This document shows, one piece after another, positions 7,532-16,250 of a stretch of 25,563 bases of DNA. The notes beneath the pieces are model-generated. The model ran no database searches, was not told the DNA's origin, and was given only the letters and a program-made list of their open reading frames with translations. A program made the position numbers and the translations under genes. Positions within the stretch are counted from its first letter, which is position 1, and every line of letters begins with the position of its first letter. The stretch comes from Candidatus Sericytochromatia bacterium (GTDB lineage Bacteria > Cyanobacteriota > Sericytochromatia > S15B-MN24 > JAQBPE01): NCBI GenBank assembly GCA_035285125.1, contig JAYKHR010000139.1, positions 1 to 25,563 on the forward strand. Direction: 5' to 3'.

Positions 7532-9316
7532 TCAGGGCAGGGACGCGGGCCAGCCCGGCGGGCGCCGGGCCGCGTCCCAGAGGGAGACGGTGCCATCATG
7601 CGCGCTCGTCGCGACCCAACGCCCCCCGGGGTCGTACGCCAGGTCGGTGAGCGAGGCGTGTCGGCCTTGGTAGGCCCGCAGCCTCGCGCCGCTGGCCACG
7701 TCCCAGAGCGCGAGCGTGGTGTCGGCCACGCTCGCGAGCGAGCGCCCGTCCGGGCTGAACGCCAGGCCCGCGATCCGGCTCCCGATGCCCTGCATGACCC
7801 TGATCGGCTGGCCGGTGGCGCCGTCCCAGAGGCGGATCGTCCCATCGTCACCGGCGCTCGCCAGGCAGCGACCATCCGGGCTGAAGGCCAGGGCCGCCAC
7901 GCGGTCGAGGTGGCCTGCCAGGATCCTCGGCCCGGCTAGCTGCCAGGCGCCGTCGCGTGGCGTCAGCTCCCAGAGCCTGAGGTCGTTGCCCGAGCCAGCG
8001 GTCGCGAGGCGCATGCCGCCAGGGTGAAATGCCAGCACGCGGTCCTCGCAGCCTCGCTCCGCCGCGACGCGCGCCCGACGGCTGCCCGTCACGTGCCAGA
8101 GCTGCAGCCGCCGGCCCTCGAGCGTCGCGACGAGGTTGCCGTCCGGGCTGAACTCGAACGTGGAGGAAAACCAGTCCCTGCCCTTGAAGGTGTACACCTT
8201 GCGGCCGTGCGAGGCATCCCAAAGCTCCAGGCGCGCGTGGCTGAGCGTGGCGAGTCGCGCGTCGTCACGGCTGAACGCCGCGGCCTCGAAGGGCTCCCCG
8301 GGGTGCGAGGCGGCCGTGAACAGCTGCCGCGCCTCGCCTGAGGTCAGGCCCCAGGCCCTGAGCGCCCGATCCTGGCCGACCCCCACGAGCGCCTTGCCAT
8401 CTTTGGCGAAGCGCAGGGCACACAGGGGGGCCGGCGCCTGAAACACGCGCACCGGTGAGTCGCTGACCGCCACCTCTTCACCCCCCGGCCAGCCCGGCGG
8501 GCGCACGTGCCCCCCCAACGACGCGACGTCCCACACCAGCGCCCGCCGATCCGTTCCCCCGGTGACCACTCGACGGCCATCGGGGCCGAAGGCCACGCAC
8601 AGGCCCTGATCCAGGTGGCCCTCCAATGCCCCCAACGGCCTCCCGGTGGGAAGCGCCCAGAGCCGCAGGTGGTGATCCTCTCCCACGCTGGCAAGCCACC
8701 GCCCGTCGGGGCTGACGGCCAGCCCCGTCACGGTGCCGCGGTGCCCCTCGAGGCGGCCTCGCAGGTGGCCGGAGGCCGCCTCTCGGATCTCGATGTTGAA
8801 GCCCTCACCGCCGGAGACCAGGTAGCGCCCGTCGGGGCTGTAGGCCACCGCACGCTTGAAATCCAGGACGGGGATGGGGGGCCGTGCCGCCTCACCCGTG
8901 GCCACCGCGAGCACCTCCAGCACCGTGTTGGAGCCCGCCACCGCAAGCTCCTTCCCGCCAGGGCTGAACGCCAGGCTCTCCACCCGCGTCATGGAGAGCG
9001 CCAGGAGCCCCTCGCCGGCCAGGGAGAACTCCCTGCGCCACCGCGGCTCGCCCGTCGTCAGCTCCCACAGCGCCAGGGCCCCCGAGCCCCCGCCCGCCAG
9101 GTGCCGGCCGTCCGGGCTGAACGCCACGCCGCCAACCACGTCCCCGTGGCCTTCGAGGGCCAGCAACGCGCCCTCGCTGGCGGCAGCGGCCCCGGGCGTG
9201 GCCCAAGAGGCCAGGCACACCAGCCACGCGGGCCACGCCCGCCACAGGGCCAGGGGCCACCGCGTCGCCCGGTGCCAGGCTCGGATCCGATGAACCGGAC
9301 AGCGCTCTACCGTCAC
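7532..9316 (-). CDS. Secreted double-propeller WD40 protein, about 594 aa
   Basis: ORF 7532..9445; GTG 9316 follows a GAGGGGG SD-like sequence and avoids overlap with the upstream gene. Signal-like ...RWPLALWRAWPAWLVCLASWATPGAAAA. Repeats such as GHLDRVAALAFSPDGRCLASAGDDGTIRLWD. Confidence 0.9.
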   Translation of the reverse strand: MTVERCPVHRIRAWHRATRWPLALWRAWPAWLVCLASWATPGAAAASEGALLALEGHGDVVGGVAFSPDGRHLAGGGSGALALWELTTGEPRWRREFSLAGEGLLALSMTRVESLAFSPGGKELAVAGSNTVLEVLAVATGEAARPPIPVLDFKRAVAYSPDGRYLVSGGEGFNIEIREAASGHLRGRLEGHRGTVTGLAVSPDGRWLASVGEDHHLRLWALPTGRPLGALEGHLDQGLCVAFGPDGRRVVTGGTDRRALVWDVASLGGHVRPPGWPGGEEVAVSDSPVRVFQAPAPLCALRFAKDGKALVGVGQDRALRAWGLTSGEARQLFTAASHPGEPFEAAAFSRDDARLATLSHARLELWDASHGRKVYTFKGRDWFSSTFEFSPDGNLVATLEGRRLQLWHVTGSRRARVAAERGCEDRVLAFHPGGMRLATAGSGNDLRLWELTPRDGAWQLAGPRILAGHLDRVAALAFSPDGRCLASAGDDGTIRLWDGATGQPIRVMQGIGSRIAGLAFSPDGRSLASVADTTLALWDVASGARLRAYQGRHASLTDLAYDPGGRWVATSAHDGTVSLWDAARRPPGWPASLP

Positions 9317-9377
9317 AACCCGCCCCCCTCGTGGCACTGTGGCATGGCAGGCATCACGGGGACGCCCCACCCCGACC

Positions 9378-11360
9378 TCATCGCCCGCGCCCACCTGACG
9401 CGGCCGTGGCGCCACCCACCTCCCACAGGATGACCTCGCCCCCATCGTCCAAGCTGGCGAGCAGCCTGCCGTCCGGGCAGAAGGCGAGGTCCTGGATGCC
9501 AGCTCGGTGCCCCCTCAGCGCCAGCACCTGGCGGCCCGTGGGCACGTCCCAGACCACGACCAGCCCGTCCCGCCCGCCCGTGGCAAGGCGACGCCCGACC
9601 GGGCTGAACGCGACCACGTCCACCACGCCGGCCTTCCACCGGAGGCTGCGCACCTGGCGCTCGCGAGCGAAATCCCAGACCTGCACCTCGCCCTCGTCCG
9701 CCTTGAACTCCTCCGCGGCGACGGCCAAGGTGTGGCCGTCCGGGCTGAAGGCCACGTCGTTGCAGCGCATCGAACCCCCAAGCTGGGGGCCTCGCCTGTT
9801 GCTGGCAAGGTCCCAGGCTTGCAGCTGCAGGCCCCCCAAGACCAGCATCCTCCCGGTCCGGCTGTAGGCCATCGAGTACACGGTTTGCACGCCAGAGACG
9901 GCCACCTTGCGCAGCATCCTGCCCGTTGCCGCGTCCCACTCCTGGAACTCCTCGCCGGCGCCTCCCGTCGCCAGGCGCCGACCATCCGGGCTGAAGGCCA
10001 GGCTCCAGAGCCCCTCCTCGCGGCCCGGCCTCGCCCACGCCGTCCGGCCAGTCGGCTCGTTCCAGACCTGGAGGCTCCCCTGCCACGTCGCAGCGGCCAG
10101 CCGCCGGCCATCGGGGCTGAAGGCCATCCCTCGCACCTGGCCCGCACGGCCCTGGCGGGTGCCGAGCAGCGCGCCCGTGGTCGGCGACCACAGCTTCACC
10201 GCCCCATCCGTGCCGCCCGTGGCGAGGCGGCGCCCGTCCGGGCTGAACGCGAGGGCCTCGACGCCCCCGACGTGAGGGCGGTCCTGGCGCGGGCGCACCT
10301 CCCGGCCGCTGGAGACCTCCCAGATCCGCGGCGCCTCCACCTCGCTGACGCTCGCCACCTGGCGACCACCGGGGCTGAAGGCCACCGCGGTCGGCGCGGC
10401 CAGGCAGCCCGAGATGGCCCGCACCAGCTTGCCCTTCGCCACGTCCCAGAGCCTCAGCGTGCGATCCCGGCAGCCTCCCAGCAGCAACGCGCCATCGGGG
10501 CTGAAGGCCAGGCCCGTCAGGTCCGCCTCGTGGCCCTCGAAGGCACGCACCTGTTCGCCCGTGGCCACGCGCCAGAGCCACAACGCCTTGCCGCTCAGGG
10601 TGGCGAGGTGCGTGCCATCCGGGCTGAAGCCCACCGCCGTGACCTCGGCGAGGTGGCCCTCCAGGGTCCGCACCGGCTCCCGGGACGCAAGGTCCCACAG
10701 CTTCACGGTCTCGTCGTCGCTGGCGCTCGCGAGCAGCCTCCCGTCCGGGCTGAAGGCCAGCCACCGCACCCGATCCGTGTGGCCCGCGAGGGTGCCCAGG
10801 AGGCGCCCCGTTCGGGCATCCCGAAGCTTGATGGGGTGGTCGCTGACGTCATAGACGTCCGAGTTGCACGCTGCGGCCAGCACCGCCCCGTCAGGGCTGA
10901 AGGCCACCGCCTCGATGCGGCAGCCAGGCTCCACCGTGGCCTGCCGCTGGGCGCCGGTTGTGACCTCCCAGACGCGGAGGGCGCCGTCCTCGCCCCCGGC
11001 CGCGAGGCACGAGCCCCCAGCACCGAAGGCCAGGTTCGACGCCAGACGGGGGCCAGCCACCGTGCGCACGACCCGCCCGGAGGCCACCTCCCACAGGCGC
11101 CAGGCCCCGCCCCCGGCGGTGGCCAGGTGACGCCCATCCGGGCTGTACGTCAGCGCGTGGAACCCGGCCGGGTAGCCAGCCAGCCGCAGCTTCAAGCGCC
11201 CCTCGTCCGGGGGCCTGACACCAGCCCCGGCAGGCGGGGGAGAGGCCCAGGCCCCGGTCACCAGTGCCAGCACCAGGCCGAGGCCCAGCAGCGCCCCAGG
11301 CGCCGAAGGCCCGCCAGCGCCGGGGTCGCTGCCCCAAGACGTTCCTGTGCGTCGCGTCAC
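9378..11360 (-). CDS. Secreted double-propeller WD40 protein, about 660 aa
   Basis: ORF 9378..11393; GGAGG SD before GTG 11360. Signal GALLGLGLVLALVTGAWA-S. About 14 repeats, e.g. GHTDRVRWLAFSPDGRLLASASDDETVKLWD. Confidence 0.92.
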   Translation of the reverse strand: MTRRTGTSWGSDPGAGGPSAPGALLGLGLVLALVTGAWASPPPAGAGVRPPDEGRLKLRLAGYPAGFHALTYSPDGRHLATAGGGAWRLWEVASGRVVRTVAGPRLASNLAFGAGGSCLAAGGEDGALRVWEVTTGAQRQATVEPGCRIEAVAFSPDGAVLAAACNSDVYDVSDHPIKLRDARTGRLLGTLAGHTDRVRWLAFSPDGRLLASASDDETVKLWDLASREPVRTLEGHLAEVTAVGFSPDGTHLATLSGKALWLWRVATGEQVRAFEGHEADLTGLAFSPDGALLLGGCRDRTLRLWDVAKGKLVRAISGCLAAPTAVAFSPGGRQVASVSEVEAPRIWEVSSGREVRPRQDRPHVGGVEALAFSPDGRRLATGGTDGAVKLWSPTTGALLGTRQGRAGQVRGMAFSPDGRRLAAATWQGSLQVWNEPTGRTAWARPGREEGLWSLAFSPDGRRLATGGAGEEFQEWDAATGRMLRKVAVSGVQTVYSMAYSRTGRMLVLGGLQLQAWDLASNRRGPQLGGSMRCNDVAFSPDGHTLAVAAEEFKADEGEVQVWDFARERQVRSLRWKAGVVDVVAFSPVGRRLATGGRDGLVVVWDVPTGRQVLALRGHRAGIQDLAFCPDGRLLASLDDGGEVILWEVGGATAASGGRGR

Positions 11361-11410
11361 CCGCCCTCCCTCTCCGTGCGCTGGTCCCGCCAAGGGGGTC
11401 CCATCCTTCG

Positions 11411-14086
11411 CTACACCCCACCGTCGCCCTGAAGCTCTCGCACCAGCGCCCCGGTGCCAGCGTCCCAGAGCCGCAGGCGACCATCCTCGGCAGCGGTGAC
11501 CAGCAGGCGACCGTCCGCCGAGAGGGCCATGGCCGTCAGCAGGGCCGGGTGGCCGAGGGGTTCACAGCGCGGCCTGGCGGTCTCGGCGTCGAGCAGCAGA
11601 ACAAGAGGCGGTGAGGTTACCGCCACCGCTATCAGGCCTCGCGGGCCCGCCACGAAGCGCTGCGCGGCGGCCAAGGGCAGCCGCACCAGCTCGCGGGGCG
11701 CCCCCCCCCGCAGGGGCAGGCGCCGGAGGGCCAGGGGCTCGGCGTGCACCAGGGCCAGCACGGACGACCCATCGGGCGCGATCGTGAGCTCCGTGTTGCG
11801 GCGGGACACCGTGCCCGCCTCGCAGGCCAGGCAGCCCGTGGCGAGGTCCCATGCCTCCAGCACGCCGGCCTCGGTCACGAGGACGACGGTCCCCCCATCG
11901 GGACTCAGCAGCGCATCCGACAGGCGCCGCCCCCCTTGAGGCGCCCAGGCCAGCACGCCCTCGCCACCCTCGACGCCCCAGGCCCGGATGGCCCCGTCTG
12001 GCGCGACGCCGACCACCGTCTCGCCGTCGGGCGTGAAGGCGACGTGCCGCACGGCGACCTTGTGCCCGTGCAGGATCTGGCGTGCCTGACCATCCTCGAC
12101 CCCCCACAGGCGAACGACCAGCCGACAGGCGCTCGCGAGCGTCAGGCCGTCAGGCGAGAAGGCCAGCGCGGCGGGCGCAGCCGTGTGGCCCCGCAGGGCG
12201 TGTCGCGGCCGCCCCGTCGCCAGGTCCCAGAGCAGCAACTCGCCCCCCGCTGCACCGCTGGCGAGCCAACGTCCGTCCGGGCTCAGGGCCAGCAGGTCGG
12301 TGCGATGGGCCTTCGTTGCGTCTGCCGCGGCCCAAGGCCTGGCGCTGGGTGGCGCCGTCCAGGGCCACAGCGTGACGCCGCCCCGGGCATCGGCGCTCAG
12401 CAGCAGGCGGCCGTCCGGGCTGAAGGCAACGCTGGCCGGGGGGGTGGGCTGCCAGATTGTCCGTGGGGGGCGTGCGCCGTCACAGTCCCACCCCCTGAGC
12501 GTGCCATCCTTGCTCGCGCTGACGAGCGAGGCGCCGTCGGGGGCAAACGCCAGGCCGGTGACTGGCCCCGCGTGCCACCCCAGCACCCGGGTGCGGGTCC
12601 CGCTGGCAGGCTGCCACAGGCCCACGGTGTGGTCGTCGCTGGCGCTGGCGAGCACCGAGCCGTCAGGGCTGAAGGCCAGGTCGTTCACGGCGCCCCGGTG
12701 GCCCGCCAGCACCCGGGGGGCCTCGCCGCCCACCGTGTTCCAGAGCCGCACCGCGCCGTCCGCACCACCCGTCGCCAGCCAGCGGCCGTCCGGGCTGATG
12801 GCAAGTGCGCCCAAGCCCCCCTCGTGGGTGCCGACCGGTTTGCCCCCGGCCAGGGCCGAGAGGTCGTGCAGCCACAGGGAGCCATCGGCGCAGCCACAGG
12901 CGAGCAGCGCCCCGTCCGGGGTGGCGGCGAGGGCCCGCACCGGGCTCCGGTGTGGGGGCAGGCGCCGAAGCCGCTGCCCGGACACCACCTCCCAGGCCTC
13001 GACGGCCGGGCCCGCACCGGCAAACAGGCCGTGGCCACCGGCCACCACCAGGCTGCGACCAGGCCTGCCCTCACAGGCCAGGCTCTCCAGCTCCTGGCCA
13101 CCTGGCAACGCCCACCTGCGGATGGTGGGGCCGGCCCCTGCAGCGGCCAGCCACTTGCCGTCCGGGCAGACGGCCAGCCGCGCCACGCCGTGGTCCACCT
13201 GCCCGAGCGGGCGAGCGGGCGGGTCCGGCTCGACCGCCAGCAGCATCAACTCACCGCGCTGACCGCGCACCACCAGGTGGCTGCCATCCGGGCTGAAGGC
13301 CAGGCTGGTGAACCACCCGTGGTGCTTGATCGGCTCGCGCAGCGGCCTGACCTCGGCCAGGTCCCAGAGCAGGAGGCTGCCGTCGTCACCGCTGATCCAG
13401 GCGAAGGTCTTGCCATCGGGCGCCAGCGCGAGCGCGGTCGGGTAAATGTCGAGGGCACAGGTGCGGACGCGCGCCCCGGCGAGCGGGTCCCAGACCACCA
13501 CCTCGCGCCATCCGCAGGAGACGGCCGCGAGCCGGCCATCCGCCAGCCGGCTGAAGGCCAGGCGGCCCCGGGCCTCGGTGGCGACCACCTGCAGGGATGC
13601 CCCGGTGGCGGCATCCCACAGCTGCAGCGTGCCATCCTCGCTCGTCGTCGCCAGCACGGCACCATCCGGGCCGAAGGCAAGGTCCGTGATGGCATCCTCG
13701 TGGCCTCGCAGCACGAGCTCCTCGCGTCCGGTCTCCGCGCACCAGATCGTCACCAGGCCATCGTCCCCCCCGCTCGCCAGCCGGCCGGACGGACCGCAAG
13801 CGAGCCGCCGGAGCTCCCCCTCGTGGGCCTGCCACGACCGCGGCGCAGCGTCGGTCGCCGTCGGCCAGACCCAGAGGCGCCCCCTGGCATCGCCGGCGGC
13901 CAACCACGCGCGGTCTGGGCCGAAGGCCGTCGCGCTGACTGGCTGGCGGCCTTGCCCCAGGCGTCGAAGCCGATCGCCGGTGGCAACGTCCCGCAGATAC
14001 ACGGCGCCGCGGTCATCGGGATCGGCCACCCAGGCGCCGTCCAGGCTGAAGCAGAAGCTGGGCCGATGCAGGAGAGAGGGTGACAT
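11411..14086 (-). CDS. Cytoplasmic multi-propeller (about 3) WD40 protein, 891 aa
   Basis: ORF track; repeats run from residue 10 to the end, e.g. GHRGAVNDLAFSPDGSVLASASDDHTVGLWQ. No signal peptide and no other domain. First gene of a probable three-gene WD40 operon (gaps of about 50 and 60 bp). Confidence 0.92.
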   Translation of the reverse strand: MSPSLLHRPSFCFSLDGAWVADPDDRGAVYLRDVATGDRLRRLGQGRQPVSATAFGPDRAWLAAGDARGRLWVWPTATDAAPRSWQAHEGELRRLACGPSGRLASGGDDGLVTIWCAETGREELVLRGHEDAITDLAFGPDGAVLATTSEDGTLQLWDAATGASLQVVATEARGRLAFSRLADGRLAAVSCGWREVVVWDPLAGARVRTCALDIYPTALALAPDGKTFAWISGDDGSLLLWDLAEVRPLREPIKHHGWFTSLAFSPDGSHLVVRGQRGELMLLAVEPDPPARPLGQVDHGVARLAVCPDGKWLAAAGAGPTIRRWALPGGQELESLACEGRPGRSLVVAGGHGLFAGAGPAVEAWEVVSGQRLRRLPPHRSPVRALAATPDGALLACGCADGSLWLHDLSALAGGKPVGTHEGGLGALAISPDGRWLATGGADGAVRLWNTVGGEAPRVLAGHRGAVNDLAFSPDGSVLASASDDHTVGLWQPASGTRTRVLGWHAGPVTGLAFAPDGASLVSASKDGTLRGWDCDGARPPRTIWQPTPPASVAFSPDGRLLLSADARGGVTLWPWTAPPSARPWAAADATKAHRTDLLALSPDGRWLASGAAGGELLLWDLATGRPRHALRGHTAAPAALAFSPDGLTLASACRLVVRLWGVEDGQARQILHGHKVAVRHVAFTPDGETVVGVAPDGAIRAWGVEGGEGVLAWAPQGGRRLSDALLSPDGGTVVLVTEAGVLEAWDLATGCLACEAGTVSRRNTELTIAPDGSSVLALVHAEPLALRRLPLRGGAPRELVRLPLAAAQRFVAGPRGLIAVAVTSPPLVLLLDAETARPRCEPLGHPALLTAMALSADGRLLVTAAEDGRLRLWDAGTGALVRELQGDGGV

Positions 14087-14145
14087 CGCGTGTCGCCTCG
14101 GCAGGGGAGCCCAGGTTAAATCCCCGGCCAGACAGGGCGCAGCAC

Positions 14146-14159
14146 GTGACAGATGTCCC
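14146..14159 (-). promoter_or_regulatory. Operator copy 4, GTGACA-GA-TGTCCC
   Basis: Intergenic, 60 bp upstream of ATG 14086, with a -10-like TAACCT on the minus strand between them. Flanks CAC...TGACCT are shared with copy 3. Confidence 0.65.
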
Positions 14160-14353
14160 TGACCTCAAGGCCTGGGGCCACTCGTTCGGCCGCGGCCGCA
14201 AGGCGCCAGCAGTTTGAGAGAACCTTGAGCTCCACCCGAGGCCAAGCTGAGCAGCCACCGGCAAGCTCGGGTTGTGGTGAACGACGTGCGCGGCCTGTCG
14301 CAAGGAGTTCGCCGTTCCCCTCCTCTCCCCTTCATGAAAGGCGAACCCTCACC

Positions 14354-14578
14354 TTGCCCAAGCACATCACCCCGTTCCTGGCTGCCCTGCTCGGGGCCTC
14401 GCTGTCCCTCGGCTGCAGCCATGCCAGCTGGGGCTCAGCCACCGTCGAGCACGCCATCGCCCCAGCTGGCGGCACGGTGGGCTCTCACCTGCAGCCCGGC
14501 CCTCAACGCCTGACCGCCGAGGAGCAGGCGCTGCTACGCCAGGCTGCGCAGCTGGCAACGAGGAAGCCCGGCAAGTAG
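14354..14578 (+). CDS. Small putative lipoprotein, 74 aa
   Basis: Within ORF 14153..14578; GAAAGG precedes TTG 14354. MPKHITPFLAALLGASLSLGC is a typical SPase II signal. C-terminal helix LTAEEQALLRQAAQLA. Confidence 0.7.
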   Translation: MPKHITPFLAALLGASLSLGCSHASWGSATVEHAIAPAGGTVGSHLQPGPQRLTAEEQALLRQAAQLATRKPGK

Positions 14579-14722
14579 CCGGCAGCGGCGAGGCTGCTGG
14601 CGCGTCCCCTCCGGGGGCAAGCTCGACCACGCCCCCACCCGTCAGGCAACGGACCTCCCTAGCCGACGTCAGGGTGTGGCCCCGAGGCTGCCCCCGGCCC
14701 GGGGCGCCACGCCCCGCCCGCC

Positions 14723-16135
14723 TCACCGGGAGACCACCGGCCACGACCACACCGCGCCCGCCGAGGTCCCGGCCACGAGGCGGTCGCCAGAGGCCGTGAA
14801 CACCAGCGCCCGCACCTCTCCCTTGGTCGCGAGCTCCCCATCGACCACGGCCCCGTCGCGCACGCGCGCCAGGCGCCAGCCACCACCAGCCAGGCCGATG
14901 GCCAGGTGGGACCCCGAGGGCGAGAGCGCCAGGGCCGTGGGGGCCTGTGGCAGGCCTGCCACCACGGTGTTGCAGTACCCGTTGTGGGTGTGCCAGACCT
15001 GCACGGCGCCCGGCCCGCCGAGCCCGGCCACCGCCGTGCCGCCCGCGTCCGTGGCCAGCGGCGACCGCGCCGCCACAGGCCTCGGGATCACGACGCCCGC
15101 GCGGTTCCGGGGGAAGGGCAGCACACGGATGGCCCCATCCGGTCGCACGCCCGCCAGCATCAGCCCATCCTGGCTGGCCACCACGTGGCCGGGCAGCACG
15201 CCCCTCAGCTCGCGGACCTCGACAGGCCCCTCCCGCCGGCGATCTTCCCAGCGCCACCACCGGACCCCGTCACTCGCCGACACGCTGGTGAGCAGGCATG
15301 GCACGTGCCCCACGGTCCAGACGGCCTCGGGCGTCCCGGTGAAGGCCGGCAGGTCCTGGCGCGCGTTGCCGAAGCCGTAGCACCAGCGCGAGTAGGCCCC
15401 CTCAAGGCCGGCCAGGACCAGGTCCCCGGCTCCGCAGTAGCCGACCAGCTGGCCCCCGGGGGCATCCAGGACCTCCACCAACGCCGGCCGCACCGTGCCC
15501 GCTGCCCCGAGGCGCCAGAGCCGCACGGTGCCGTCCTCGCCAAGCGAGGCGATCGTGCCGTAGGGGCTCGCCGCCAGCCCCCGGACGGCGCCCGCGTGCC
15601 CCTGCGGCAGGTGCACGGCGTTGGCGTCTCCGCCTGACGCCGCAGGGCGTTCCCCGGCCTGCAGGCAGGACACCACCTCGGCTGCGGTCCAGCGATCGCC
15701 CGGCGACCAGGCCAGGCACCCACCAACGGCCGCGTCCCAGGGGGGCGGCAGGCACGAGAGGGGCTCGGCACCCTCCTGCACCCTGTTCTTGTCCTGCAAG
15801 AGGGGGGGGAACCCCATCAGCACCTCGAAGGCGAGGAGGCCCCACATGTAGACGTCGCTGGCGGGGCCAAACGTCCCCCAGCCCTGCTCCGGGAGCCGCA
15901 GCCCGCGCGCGGCTCGCACGGCGTCATCGTCGGGTCGCGGGCCAGCCAGCCTCACGCCCTGGGCGTCGGCCTTCACGTGGTCCGCCACCACGGCCAGGTG
16001 GGCCCGGCCAGCCCCATGCCAGACAGCGAGGGCCTCGACCACGGGCAGCAGCCAGGCCCTGGCCTCGTCGAGCGGCAGGGGCCCGCTCGTCGCCGCGAGC
16101 CTGCCCGCCAGGGTCCCCGCGATCACGCCCACCAC
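14723..16135 (-). CDS. Kinase C-lobe-only pseudokinase fused to a degenerate WD40 propeller, about 470 aa
   Basis: GTLAGRL...GPLPLDEARAWLLPVVEALAVWHGAGRAHLAVVADHV...LPE...SDVYMWGLLAFEVLMGFPP...GCLAWSPGDRW, then GHAGAVRGLAASPYGTIASLGEDGTVRLWR. An in-frame stop at 16190-16192 limits upstream extension. Confidence 0.82.
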   Translation of the reverse strand: MVGVIAGTLAGRLAATSGPLPLDEARAWLLPVVEALAVWHGAGRAHLAVVADHVKADAQGVRLAGPRPDDDAVRAARGLRLPEQGWGTFGPASDVYMWGLLAFEVLMGFPPLLQDKNRVQEGAEPLSCLPPPWDAAVGGCLAWSPGDRWTAAEVVSCLQAGERPAASGGDANAVHLPQGHAGAVRGLAASPYGTIASLGEDGTVRLWRLGAAGTVRPALVEVLDAPGGQLVGYCGAGDLVLAGLEGAYSRWCYGFGNARQDLPAFTGTPEAVWTVGHVPCLLTSVSASDGVRWWRWEDRRREGPVEVRELRGVLPGHVVASQDGLMLAGVRPDGAIRVLPFPRNRAGVVIPRPVAARSPLATDAGGTAVAGLGGPGAVQVWHTHNGYCNTVVAGLPQAPTALALSPSGSHLAIGLAGGGWRLARVRDGAVVDGELATKGEVRALVFTASGDRLVAGTSAGAVWSWPVVSR

Positions 16136-16250
16136 CCCGGTGGCGCAGACACCACCCGCCCGAGGCCGCCCCTGGCTGGCCCGCGGGCCTCAGGGCACGG
16201 CCAGGGTCGCCCGTCACACACGGCCAGGCCCCGGGAGGCCGCTGCCGAGC

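Noticed and set aside
11..14162. Other long opposite-strand ORFs (11..916, 2010..4286, 5691..7211, 9507..11432, 11744..14083 and similar)
   Set aside because: Shadow ORFs. Recurrent 'AVRAEG' and 'RPSGLKA' strings are reverse-complement translations of the WD40 AFSPDG motif.
16136..16250. Frameshifted kinase N-lobe upstream of the short pseudokinase
   Set aside because: Only about 115 bp are available, no GxGxxG or VAIK motif appears in any frame, and the paralog begins at the same point.
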